NCBI GenBank assembly: GCA_021613535.1
Contig: CP075492.1
Location: 7,998,001 to 8,062,000 of the forward strand
Reading direction: 5' to 3'
DNA from: Adineta vaga
Taxonomy: Eukaryota; Animalia; Rotifera
Length of the DNA stretch: 64,000 bases
Shown here in pieces: positions 34,695-46,708 of this stretch. Made by a program: the position numbers and the translations under genes. The notes under the pieces are model-generated. The model was not told the DNA's origin, did no database searches, and was given only the letters and a program-made list of their open reading frames with translations. Every line of letters begins with the position of its first letter. The stretch's first letter is position 1.

Positions 34695-37259
34695 TTAGAC
34701 AGCTAATTCAGCTGCTTTTGTTGTATTTGATGCGATGATCAACGCAAAGTTATTTAAGATGGGTTCGACTTCACGTGAAATAAATTCATAAACCTAAACA
34801 AGAGAAGTAAATCAATATTATGGAAAAAAATCTTTAAAATTTCGTTTACTTGTTCAGGTGCTCGACCAATGAATGTTTTCGAATCGAGAAGAACATCTAA
34901 TTTATTGACAATCGGTGTAAAATAAGGATCCGCTTTAACACGTTCAACAAGATCATTATCTAAACCATCAATTTTCACTCGTTCAGCAGCTTTCTGAGAT
35001 AATGTACGAATCTTTTCATGACATTCTTGACGATTACCACCAGCAGAAACCTTAACAAAAGATATTATTTTATAAAGTTTCATTTGTCTAAAAAAAGCAT
35101 CTACCATTGCCATGATTATATTTTCCGTTGCCATAAATGGTAGTTCTTGTTTAATATGTTTATCAATAACCTATATTGAAGAAAATTATGAACATTCAAT
35201 TCATAAAAAAATTCTTGTCTTACTTTTGGATAAACTACTAGACCTTCAGTAATATTCAGTAAAGTAAAAAGAATAATATCAGCAGTTAAAAAAGCTTCGG
35301 GAATACATATGCGTCTGAAAAAAGAAGACAAAATCGAAGTTTTAAAAAAAGAACAAAAGATCGAATTGATGGCATATTTACTTGTTCGCACTATCATCTA
35401 ATGTTCGTTCCATCCATTGTACGGAGTGAGTTCCAAGTGGATCATTAATTAAAGTCATTAGATGACGTGCAAGTGCACAGCATCGTTCACATCTCATTGG
35501 ATTACGTTTATATGGCATCGCACTTGAGCCTATCGTTTTGTTGAAGACAACAAAATATATTTTCATTCTCAATTACAAATAAATCATACCAATTTGTTCG
35601 ATTTCAAATGGTTCTTCAATTTCTTTTAAACTTGCTAATAAACGAATATCAGTACACATCTATTAATTAAACAAAAACAACGAAATGATTCGTTTTTCAC
35701 TCATGAACCGAAGCATTACCTTGTGAATTGATGTTCCAAAACTGGAAAGAACACTGACTACTTCCACGTCAAGTTTACGTGTATATGTTTGACCACAAAT
35801 AATAAAAACTCTAAATAAAAAAAAACACACATTTTTCAAATGATCACGTAGATGTTTATGAAAAATTTTTATAGTATCAATCATCGAAAGAATTTCACTT
35901 GTTTTTCTTTAAAATATTTGAAATAAGTCAATAAATTACTTTGAAAATCCAGCCATTTCTGATACCATTCGATCCAATTCTTCGACCTACGCACAAGCAA
36001 AATAAAATGAAATTGTCGTTTTTTCAAACATTTCTCTTCATTCTTATACTTTTGAATGATCTCCATTAAATAATTGTAAAAATGATGCTTGAGTGCCAGT
36101 TGTACCTTTTACACCACGAAATTTTAATTGTCGTTTAACTCGTTCGAAATTTTTCAGATCCATTAATAAATCTTGAATCCATACACATGCTCGTTTTCCT
36201 ACAGTAGTTAATTGTGCTGGTCTATGAAAGAAGAAAGAAAAATAAATGCATAACATCCTATGAATACAAAATGATATACACACTGCATATGAGTATAACC
36301 CAATGTTGGCAAACAAGCATAGTCTTGTGCAAATTGAGTCAAACGTTGAATACATCGAACGAGCTAAGTATCCGAATGATTATAAATGAAAGACAAAAGA
36401 AGTATCCTATATGCTTACTTTAGTAATTAAAATCTCAAATCCATCTCTCATTACAATTAAATCCTAATTGAAAATAAAGTCCCTATAAATGAAAGATAGT
36501 TTTGTAATGATATCACTTACTGCATTGTCACCGACAAAAGCTGAAGTTGCACCAAGATGAATAATTGATGATGCTTTAGGACAACAACGTGCAAATGTAT
36601 GCACATGAGCCATGACATCATGTCGTCGACGACGTTCTTCCGCTTCAGCAATATCAAAATCAATATTTGTTAAATTTTTTTCCATTTCTTCTAATTGCTC
36701 ATCAGTTATATCCAAACCTAATTGCTACAAATATAAGACATGTTGATCGTTATTTTAAAAAAAACTTAAAATAATTTACTTTTTGACACTTTGCTAGCCA
36801 AAACCACAGACGTCTCCAGGTAGAAAATTTCTTAACTTCACTAAAATTATAGCTCATTTCAGCAGATGCATAACGTGAAACTAAGGGTGAACGATATTTT
36901 GACCGTTCATCAAGTGATACCGACGAGAAAGATACATTTTGATCCCTGCCTGTACTTCCATTTGATATACTCGGAGGACGACTTAGTTTCAATGATACTT
37001 GTTCTTGTAGACCGATTGAAAGTGATTCCGACTGAGATGGACGTCGACTATCATGGGCTGTTCCTGTATGTTCTGACATCTAAAAAAAAACAAGATTAAA
37101 AGGACTAAAACTCAAGACGATAAGCTTTTTTTTCGTTTGCGCGTCTTCGATTTGATGTAGTATCGAAGTCTATAAAACCAGACATAATATATTTACGTGC
37201 ATATCTGCACGTCTTACATATGCAAATGAGTTACTTCTAACTTTTTTTTTCTCTTTCAT
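34695..37259 (-). CDS. ADSL: Adenylosuccinate lyase
   Basis: [64 protein letters not shown] and the fumarate-lyase signature [11 protein letters not shown]. Start is either ATG 37079 or an in-frame mini-exon MKEKKK at 37259. Confidence 0.96.
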
Positions 37260-37412
37260 TCTTTCAGATTTCGAAACTGCTCCGAAGCAAAGCGATTATT
37301 TACTAGAAGTATAGAATAGAAAAGAAGAAGAAGAAAAAAAACACATCGACTAAGACATTCTTTTTTATTTATTTGTTTATTTGTATGAGAATAAGAGAAA
37401 ATGTTTTTAGGA

Positions 37413-37931
37413 TCATTTGGTATTTGTAAAGTGATGCGAAAGTAAATTAACAATTTGTTGTTCATCATTGATTTGCATATGTGAATGAAACATCGAGGGA
37501 AGATTATCGCCATCAGCCCAAATAATTGTTAATGATTGATTTGAATTATTTGATGTAGAAAATTTTGGCATTTGACTATAGATTAAAGTATCCTTTAATG
37601 ATGAATGGCGAAATGTTCGAATGGATAATTGATTACGAAATTGTCCGATTAAATCAAGAATCGCTGTTGAAGGCTTTGTAGCTTGAAGATGAATGACTAA
37701 TTCTTCACGATTAGCTTGATTTGCTGTTGTATTTTGATAGAGAAGAACTTGATTATATAAATATTCAATTCTTTCAAGTAAAGTATCTTGACGTTTTATA
37801 ATATCTGCTAATGCTGATTCATTCGTTGTTTGAGTAGTATTTGTTTGTTCAATAATTGGTTTAACTGAATACATTGTCGTAGGTAAATTCAAATCGATAG
37901 TATTTGAACTATGAGGACGAATTGAATACAT
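37413..37931 (-). CDS. AIMP2: AIMP2/p38 (multi-tRNA-synthetase complex scaffold), short form
   Basis: MYSIRPH...LPTTMYSVKPI matches the two LysRS-binding motifs (human MYQVKPY...LPTCMYRLPNV); LADIIKRQDTLLERIEYL matches the leucine zipper; FRHSSLK and SLTIIW match the thioredoxin-like domain. Recognised from memory. Confidence 0.78.
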   Translation of the reverse strand: MYSIRPHSSNTIDLNLPTTMYSVKPIIEQTNTTQTTNESALADIIKRQDTLLERIEYLYNQVLLYQNTTANQANREELVIHLQATKPSTAILDLIGQFRNQLSIRTFRHSSLKDTLIYSQMPKFSTSNNSNQSLTIIWADGDNLPSMFHSHMQINDEQQIVNLLSHHFTNTK

Positions 37932-38023
37932 ATTCTTTATCTAGAACAAAACAAAATATTAAACGATTGTTTTCTTTTCTTATGAAATCGTATTCGAAAG
38001 AATTCGAGACTTTTTTATTTATT

Positions 38024-39256
<1,233 letters not shown>

Positions 39257-40440
39257 GATGAAATGAAATCAAGTAATCTTTCGTAATTATAATAATCAGT
39301 TGCAGAAACATTTTGTTGAAAAAAATTGAGAAATTTCATTATGAATCATCCATGTTGCATTTTGATGGATGGATGGATGAATGATGATGTACTTTTTTTG
39401 ACTTGGATTTAGATAATGTCATAAAATATTTTGTATTTATAATGTAAAAAAAGATTTTCGTAAACAATACATGTATATCTTGATTGATTGATAATATTTA
39501 ATAGATATTAGAAAGTTAGAAATAGAGGGCGCTAACAACCATTGAAAATTGATTGTGCTTAATACTTCTATATGAGATTGTACTAGATTATTTTCGGTTA
39601 ATTTTTCATATATTGTTGTTTCTTATTTATGAGTTCGGTATGGATAAAATAAATGAAGTTTTTCTAACTTTTACCAAAATTGTATTAGTAATTTAGTAAA
39701 AAAGAAACTTCGACTTGATCTTGTATTTGCTCGTACTCGTAAATATATTCTGGGTGTACATTGTCATAGTAAGTGTGTTTTACGTTATCGGAATGTTTGT
39801 CACAAATAGATACTACAAAATAATCAGTATGAGAATCGTAAAATTATTCTTGCATTATGTAAGCTTTTGTTAATTTAGGGATTCATAGATTGCGAATCAA
39901 TACAGAAGAAAAGCAATGAAGATAGCTCATGACAGAATATAAGTTTCAAAGTCAACAGCTCTATTTCAGACAAAACCAATTCATTTTTTTCGAATTTGAT
40001 CTGATCCATACATTGGATAATCATATCGATAGTTATATTCTATAGTTAAATACATATTCAATAGGTTTGTGTCGACTAGATAGTTAGTTTTTATTGAAAA
40101 TCATGAATCAGCTAAATGTTTTGTATTCCAATATAAATATCGTTAAGATCAATATTACACTCTATTGATTAACACTATTTGTAACTGCCGTTCTTTCATT
40201 GAAGGTTTATAGTAGATGATATCAATCAAAGAAATGCGAACAAATGAAATATTATATTTTCAATCAAAAGCATAAGTTATACATAAGATTAAAAATTTTA
40301 GAATGATATTGGAATGCTGAAGACAGAAGAAGTATGCCATGAAAATTTAAGATAACATTAAATGAGAAAAGAAAGGAAATAATGCTATCAATAAATACGT
40401 AATGAAGGCAGATAGCGTGAAATGATGATCAATGTTGGTA

Positions 40441-41201
40441 TTATAATCGATTTTTACGTGCCAACTGTGTGCCACAATTGGGACAAAAATGTTCTGTATC
40501 CTATGTAAAATAAATACGAAGAAAATATAGAAAGAAAAAGACTATTTAACATACCTTTAAATCTCTGATACAGAATGGAATCAAACAGCATCCTATCCAA
40601 CAGCAAAGAAATCCAATACCCATACAAACAATCCATGGTAAATAGCCAATACGTTTTTCTGTACGAGTTGTTATATGTTCATGACAATTCCAACAGACAC
40701 AGTCCGATGGATTATGATCGAAGAGTTGCGGAACACTAACAACTATTGTTTCAGAAGATGATTTAAGAGCAGCCGATGAAGGTGCTTGTGATACCACAGT
40801 GCCTATTGAATTGATACAATTGGTTAATACTAAGAGTCATCTATGTTTTCCTCGTGAAAAATCCTCTTATTTAAATCCTAAATTTATTACTACATTTAAT
40901 TTAGTTTTATTCAATTGTACAATAAAATGTCATTACATATATGAGTTAACATATGGGGGAAAACAATTCTGTTGAGAATAATGTTATTCATTATTTTAAT
41001 TTAACGAATTGAAACCATTTCTATTTCCATAAACTGAAGATTGCATAAAGTACAATCACTCTATTCTCTCTAATACATGGCAATATGAAATGCATAAGAT
41101 GGATTCTTACCGTATGTTGGAGGTTGTTGAGCAGTTGCATTTTCCTTGATCTCAAGAAGAGTGTGTGAGGCATTAGCCTCAATTTCTTTCATGTCTATCA
41201 T
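40441..41201 (-). CDS. LITAF/zf-LITAF-like domain protein, copy 1
   Basis: PPTY motif, CVCWNC...ITTR, hydrophobic CCWIGCCLIPFC, D.EHFCPNC; 3 exons. Confidence 0.88.
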
Positions 41202-41397
41202 ATTGTTTTCGATCTGAATAGCGTTTCTTGTAATAACTATCGGGTAATAAACCCGAGTCAAATATGCAATGTGATTTTTTTTCGCTCTGTTTCTATTTTT
41301 TTTTCTTTTTTATAAATAATATGCTAGCGTCGATGAAGCGTAACTGAAAGCCAGTCGTTTCGTCCTACGTTGTGACTTTTCATCGACATCGAAATGA
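41199..41397. repeat. Duplicated 5'UTR/promoter block of LITAF copy 1 (partner at 42747-42926)
   Basis: Shared strings catattgttttc, aaatatgcaatgtgattttt, tataaataa, cgtcgatgaagcgtaact and tttcatYgacatc. Confidence 0.85.
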
Positions 41398-42027
41398 TTG
41401 GAATATAGCGCAGCGTTCGTAATCAAACACAAAAATATGATCATAATACAGTTATAATAGATGAAAAGAACGTCTGTTTAAGAAGTTTTTCAATATAAGA
41501 TATTTCATACAAATCACCATTATATCGGATTCGTTTTTTTTATAAACTACCGAACCTTTTGTTTGTACAATTAATAATGGTTAATATTATTGTCAATAGT
41601 CGTCAAGGTCAATCGGTTTGAAAACTCTCAATAGAGGAAATCTTTGCATTTTGATATACTTTCATTTGTATTTGAGCGAAGTTATATTTTGTCGGTGAAC
41701 ATGCATACATAGACAATGCCTATGTTATCGAAAGAATAGTTTGAAAAAAAAAAGTGATTTTTCATTGATTTAAACGCACATCTATTGAATCTTGTTTGTT
41801 ATCTCTGAAATTCTTTAAAATAGATAAGAAATGTTTACGAATATTATAATTTTTATTGAATGCTTAGGCGAAAAAGAAAGATGAAGAGTATTGCGTCACT
41901 CTAACGATATTACTGTATTGATCAAGACATTATAAGAAACAAAAGAGGAGAAAACTTATAATGCCAATATTAATTGAAAGAAAAATGAAAAATAGACCAA
42001 TCTTTGTTTGCTTTATAATAGGTTGTA

Positions 42028-42749
42028 TTAAATACGTTTGACTTCTGCCAAAAATTTACCACAATTTGGACAGTAATGTGATGTATTCTAAAGAAAATAG
42101 TTTATAAAAGATATCGATAGAAAACTTCTACTCTACTTTAAGACCATCGATACAAAATGGAATCAAACAACATCCAAGAAAACAACCAAGAAATACCGCT
42201 CCTCCACAAGTTAACCAATTTAAGGCACCATTTTTCTTTTCAAGACGCGTAATAATACGTTGTTGACAATGCGTACATATACATTCAATAGGGATATGTT
42301 TGAACCCTTGAAGAGCACTAATAAGTATTGTTTGTTTTATTTGCTTATCACCACCCACTGCTGTAGGTTCTGATTGAACAGCACCTAATTAGTCAATAGA
42401 ACAGATAATAAGAGATTATTTTCATTCGTTTAGCATTAATTGATGACACTACTATCAGTCACCTACGGTCTTCATTATTTACTAACGCTATAATATCGCA
42501 AATTCTAAGAATGATTGCAACAGCATGAAATATAGGTATATTTCAAACACGATTCTGTTCACGTCAAATTTAACGATAAGTAGAGCGGATAGAAATTTCG
42601 ATAGATCGAAAATAGACATTATCAATCTTTTTTAATGTAGCCTAAAGAAACAAAAGTTAGAATTCAATCATACCATAACTTGAAGATACTTCAATGGTTT
42701 CGCGAAGAGGATATTCAGTGAGCCGTTCGTATTTTTTTGTCTCTGCCAT
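42028..42749 (-). CDS. LITAF/zf-LITAF-like domain protein, copy 2 (tandem paralog)
   Basis: CICTHC...ITR, GCFLGCCLIPFC, HYCPNCGK; same exon phases as copy 1. Confidence 0.88.
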
Positions 42750-42926
42750 ATTGTTTTCCTGTAATGACTATCGGATAAGAAAACCGAATGAAATATGCAA
42801 TGTGATTTTTTTTCTCTCTGTCTCTATTTTTTTCATTCTTATAAATAACATGTTGTCGTCGATGAAGCGTAACTCAAACATAGTCGCTTCATCCCACGTT
42901 ATTAGTTTTCATTGACATCAAAATGT
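42747..42926. repeat. Duplicated 5'UTR/promoter block of LITAF copy 2 (partner at 41199-41397)
   Basis: Direct visual alignment with 41199-41397. Confidence 0.85.
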
Positions 42927-43373
42927 TTCAAGTATAACTTTTTTTCTCAAAGCAAACTATATGAATACTTATCTATGATGATACGATTTTCAGAACAAGA
43001 GATTTGGGAACTAAATACAGTGAGGAGGAAAATCTTGATCCCTAGTTTGTAATATACTTTGTTTCTAGTCTTTGTGTCGAAAATATTCTTGCTTCAGCCT
43101 TTGTCAATGATATTTGTGTGAAATATCATGCAAATAGCAGTGCAGCAGACAAGTAGATAGAGATTATTCATTATAGTTTATAGAATCTTAACTTGTCATG
43201 CACCCGTTATTTGTAATCGAATTGAACATTTAGAAAATGATTTCATAATTGAAGCAACTTAGAAGAAGTTGTTGCAAATACATAAAAACGTACTGATGAA
43301 AACAATCCTAACAAAGATATTCAATTATGATGTATAAATATGCAGAGGATTAAATGAAAGAAGTATGATAACA

Positions 43374-43832
43374 TCATCGAATTTTGATATTTGATTGTTG
43401 TTGTTGTACACGATGTTCTGCACATGAAACTGTTATATGTACTTTTGGCATTTGCTGTTGTTGTTGTTGAATCGATTTCTTATTTAATCGCCTTTTCTTA
43501 CTTCGTTTACTTGTATTCGATGATGATGATGTTAATAAATCCATTTCTTTCGTATGCATTGAATTTACATTATGATTTTTCGTTCTGTATTCCCATGATG
43601 TTTTTAAACGATCAAGTGTATGTAAAAAATATTCGTATCGTTCATTGAGTCTATCGATTGCTCTTTCATAATCTTCATTTTTATGACTTAAATTTTGGTT
43701 CAGAGATTGAATGTTTATGCTCGATTGATTATTATTGGTGTTCTGATTGATCTGAGAAGAAAAAATGTTAGTTTTGGTATATTCCGAACAATAGATATTG
43801 AAAGCATTTCGTGCTAGAACGAATGGATCCAT
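43374..43832 (-). CDS. Uncharacterized 152-aa protein (coiled-coil segment, basic NLS-like patch, poly-Q)
   Basis: Uninterrupted ATG-started ORF in very AT-rich DNA; DYERAIDRLNERYEYFLHTLDRLK helix and KRSKKRR. No family recognised. Confidence 0.55.
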   Translation of the reverse strand: MDPFVLARNAFNIYCSEYTKTNIFSSQINQNTNNNQSSINIQSLNQNLSHKNEDYERAIDRLNERYEYFLHTLDRLKTSWEYRTKNHNVNSMHTKEMDLLTSSSSNTSKRSKKRRLNKKSIQQQQQQMPKVHITVSCAEHRVQQQQSNIKIR

Positions 43833-43993
43833 TCGAGTTCAAAGACGAAGAAAAAAAGATTCATTCAATAAACATTTTAGATAGCGCGTAATGAAATATT
43901 TTAAAGAAAAGAATGAAGTAAGTATTATATCCAATAAAAGCTCTAATCGTTCATACATATTCTAAAATACAAGAAACCATGAATTGTATTACG

Positions 43994-44033
43994 TGACTCA
44001 TGTTGTTTAACTAGTTATCCTTATCTGACGTCA
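43994..44033. promoter_or_regulatory. AP-1 (TGACTCA 43994-44000) and CRE (TGACGTCA 44026-44033) sites in a divergent promoter
   Basis: Two perfect bZIP consensus sites 25 bp apart; TA-rich TATA-like tract at about 44222-44237 ahead of the + strand gene. Confidence 0.45.
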
Positions 44034-44297
44034 TAGACCTTCGTTCATATTCTATATTCGTTTTTGATCGAGGTTCTTTGATTATCATCATCATGATTTT
44101 ATTCATCTGTATGAGTAATTCTTGATCAGATAAAAATCTCTATATGATATATTCTTGATTGATACGCATGAATGAATATTAATTCGCTCTTTACTTATTT
44201 GCCCGTATGTTCACCTTCTAGATATATATATATATAGAAGTGCTCAATACCTACATGTCATTATTATTCGCATCAACGACAAGTTCACATCGTCTAC

Positions 44298-44846
44298 ATG
44301 GCTTACTTATTAAATCTCTTATCGTTTTTATTGGTTGTAACACTATTCTCACACATTTCGGCAAGTGATTCATTATACCTAGTTACCTTTGTTCCATGCA
44401 ATGCAAATTCAACATGTCCACAAGGAAATCCAGCAAATATCAGTCAAACTTTTGCTTTAAATGGAACTTTGAATGGAAATGTGACTGCATCTGTTGGTGA
44501 AAAAATTACATTTATTTTACGAACAGATGTACCAGAAGATCCATTTATTGTCTGTCAACTTAGTAAGGAGCCTGATTTCTGTTCAGGAATTGGTTTTAAT
44601 AATCAATTCAATACTCCAATCAATTCAACTAATCATACAACTTCAGTCATATTTACCAAACCTGGTATTTACTATTATGGATCTTTGAAAAATCCAGGAA
44701 TGGGTGGTAGAATTACCGTCTTTGCATCGCTTAATACGAAGAGTGGATCAATCACTGCAACTAACACTGGTGTTCACAATCAATTCTCGACAACAATGTT
44801 ACTCATTACTATCATTTCCTTATTCGGCGGAATTATTTCGAACTGA
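44298..44846 (+). CDS. Secreted, probably GPI-anchored cupredoxin-fold protein lacking type-1 Cu ligands; intronless
   Basis: Signal peptide; TASVGEKITF...DPFIVC...FTKPGIYYYGSLKNPGMGGRITV cupredoxin pattern; several N-glycosylation sequons; Ser/Thr linker and C-terminal hydrophobic tail. Confidence 0.78.
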   Translation: MAYLLNLLSFLLVVTLFSHISASDSLYLVTFVPCNANSTCPQGNPANISQTFALNGTLNGNVTASVGEKITFILRTDVPEDPFIVCQLSKEPDFCSGIGFNNQFNTPINSTNHTTSVIFTKPGIYYYGSLKNPGMGGRITVFASLNTKSGSITATNTGVHNQFSTTMLLITIISLFGGIISN

Positions 44847-45300
44847 AACAAATATTATATGTCATGAACTTATTCCTTTATCTATATATAAGGATTCTTT
44901 GTTTTGTTTTTTTCTAGCTGTAGTATGATTTAGTTCGAAATTTTTTCATTAGCATTGTTTGCGACACAAGTAAAAGCTAAAAACAACAAAACGATCATTT
45001 TATGAGCTCGTATGAAAATATCAGATTCATTGTTATTCGTACAAACTTCACCGTCAACTAGCGGTATCTCTGCTGAAACCTCTATATATCCATTCGAAAT
45101 ATAGATAAGATGTGTATAACTAAACTTATGAACATATGATTATTGATATTTCTATTTGAATTATTGAATGATTGACTTTTCTATATCGTGATTATGATTC
45201 AATATGTACTTGTCGTCGTATTATGTCACGTTGTCAATCTGTTACATTCTATAGCAAGTCATTGCATAACCAGGAGAAACTATTCGATCAGACAACAAAC

Positions 45301-46614
45301 ATGAATTTGTTTAAGCGAAAAACCAAATCAGAAACTTCAATTGAAGAAATTTTATTAATTACTAGAAGTTTCCATTCATCTTTATTAACCTTACCAGTGG
45401 AACTTGTATATCAGATACTCGATCATCTTCAAGTATTAGATATATTTATATCAATGCGAAATGTATGTCAACGTATTAATGCCATTGTTGACACTTATCA
45501 TCGATATAAAGTAAATTTTCTTTGATTATCTCATATTGAGAAAGAAAAAAATCGTTCACATGTTAGTTATATCTATCCCAAAACATTCAACGTAATTCAT
45601 CTCTCAGTTTACAATCTCTGTAATAGTTTACCTTATCGTTGAGACAATCTAAACTGTTCTTATAGTAAAATTAAATCAACAAATCTTTCAATATAGATAA
45701 TTAAAGAATTCAATCTATCGCACTGTACTCTTTCTCCCAACGGTATACAAAAATTATCTAATGCATTACAATATAATACAGTGAGTAACATCTCTTTCTT
45801 ATCCATCATCTATGCATTACTATGTATAAATATAGACTCTTACTGCATTAACTATTAACTACAAACAAATCGATGGTAAAGATGCACAATATTTGGCTAG
45901 AGCATTATATCGTGAAACAGTACGATAAACTGAATATTTCTTTCATCTTGTATAAGTATCAATAGGCACTGACCACTCTCAATCTTTATAACAATGAAAT
46001 CGGCGATCATGGTGCAGAATTTTTTGCAATTACATTACAACATAATGAAGTAAGTTCTATCGCTTCGTATTCAACTCACATGATTCTCTATAGAAGCTGA
46101 CGACCTTGAATCTATCGTCAAATTTAATCACTTCAAAAGGTATAAAGTATATAGCTGATGCATTGAAACGTAATAAAGTAAATTTAGATTTAAAATCATT
46201 CATTCAATCAACATAAGAATCATTCATCATAGACACTAATCACACTCGATCTGTCGGTGAATACTATAAATTCAAAAGGAGCAGAATATCTTGCCGATGC
46301 TTTGAAACACAATCAAGTACGCGTTCATTTCTAAACTATTATAAATATATATATATTTGTTTACTCTGTATAGAACCTTCTTACATTAGATCTCTCATTA
46401 AATCGTATCGGTCATGAAGGTGCACAAGATCTAGCAGATGCATTAAAATATAATACAGTAGAATCCTTTCATAATTGATTGATTTTATTCACATCTCAAT
46501 TGTTCTATTTAGACATTGACACTATTAAATATCAAATATAACGGACTTGAATCTATTGGAGCATCATATTTCGAATGTGAAATAATTAAAAATCCGTTGA
46601 GAGTACGATTCTGA
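45301..46614 (+). CDS. F-box plus RNI-type leucine-rich-repeat protein
   Basis: SLLTLPVELVYQILDHL F-box, then a series of about 84-nt (28-aa) phase-0 LRR exons such as ALTTLNLYNNEIGDHGAEFFAITLQHNE. An alternative upstream ATG lies near 45223. Confidence 0.88.
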
Positions 46615-46708
46615 TACTTGACAAACCAATTACTTTTATATATCACTGATATATTTTATGAATTGATCGATTCGAATTTACAGGAAAAAAATAATAAAAA
46701 TCATCAAT

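Noticed and set aside
42575-42641. Possible extra exon in LITAF copy 2 intron 1
   Set aside because: In the phase set by exon 1 it gives an early stop; direct splicing matches the paralog's structure.
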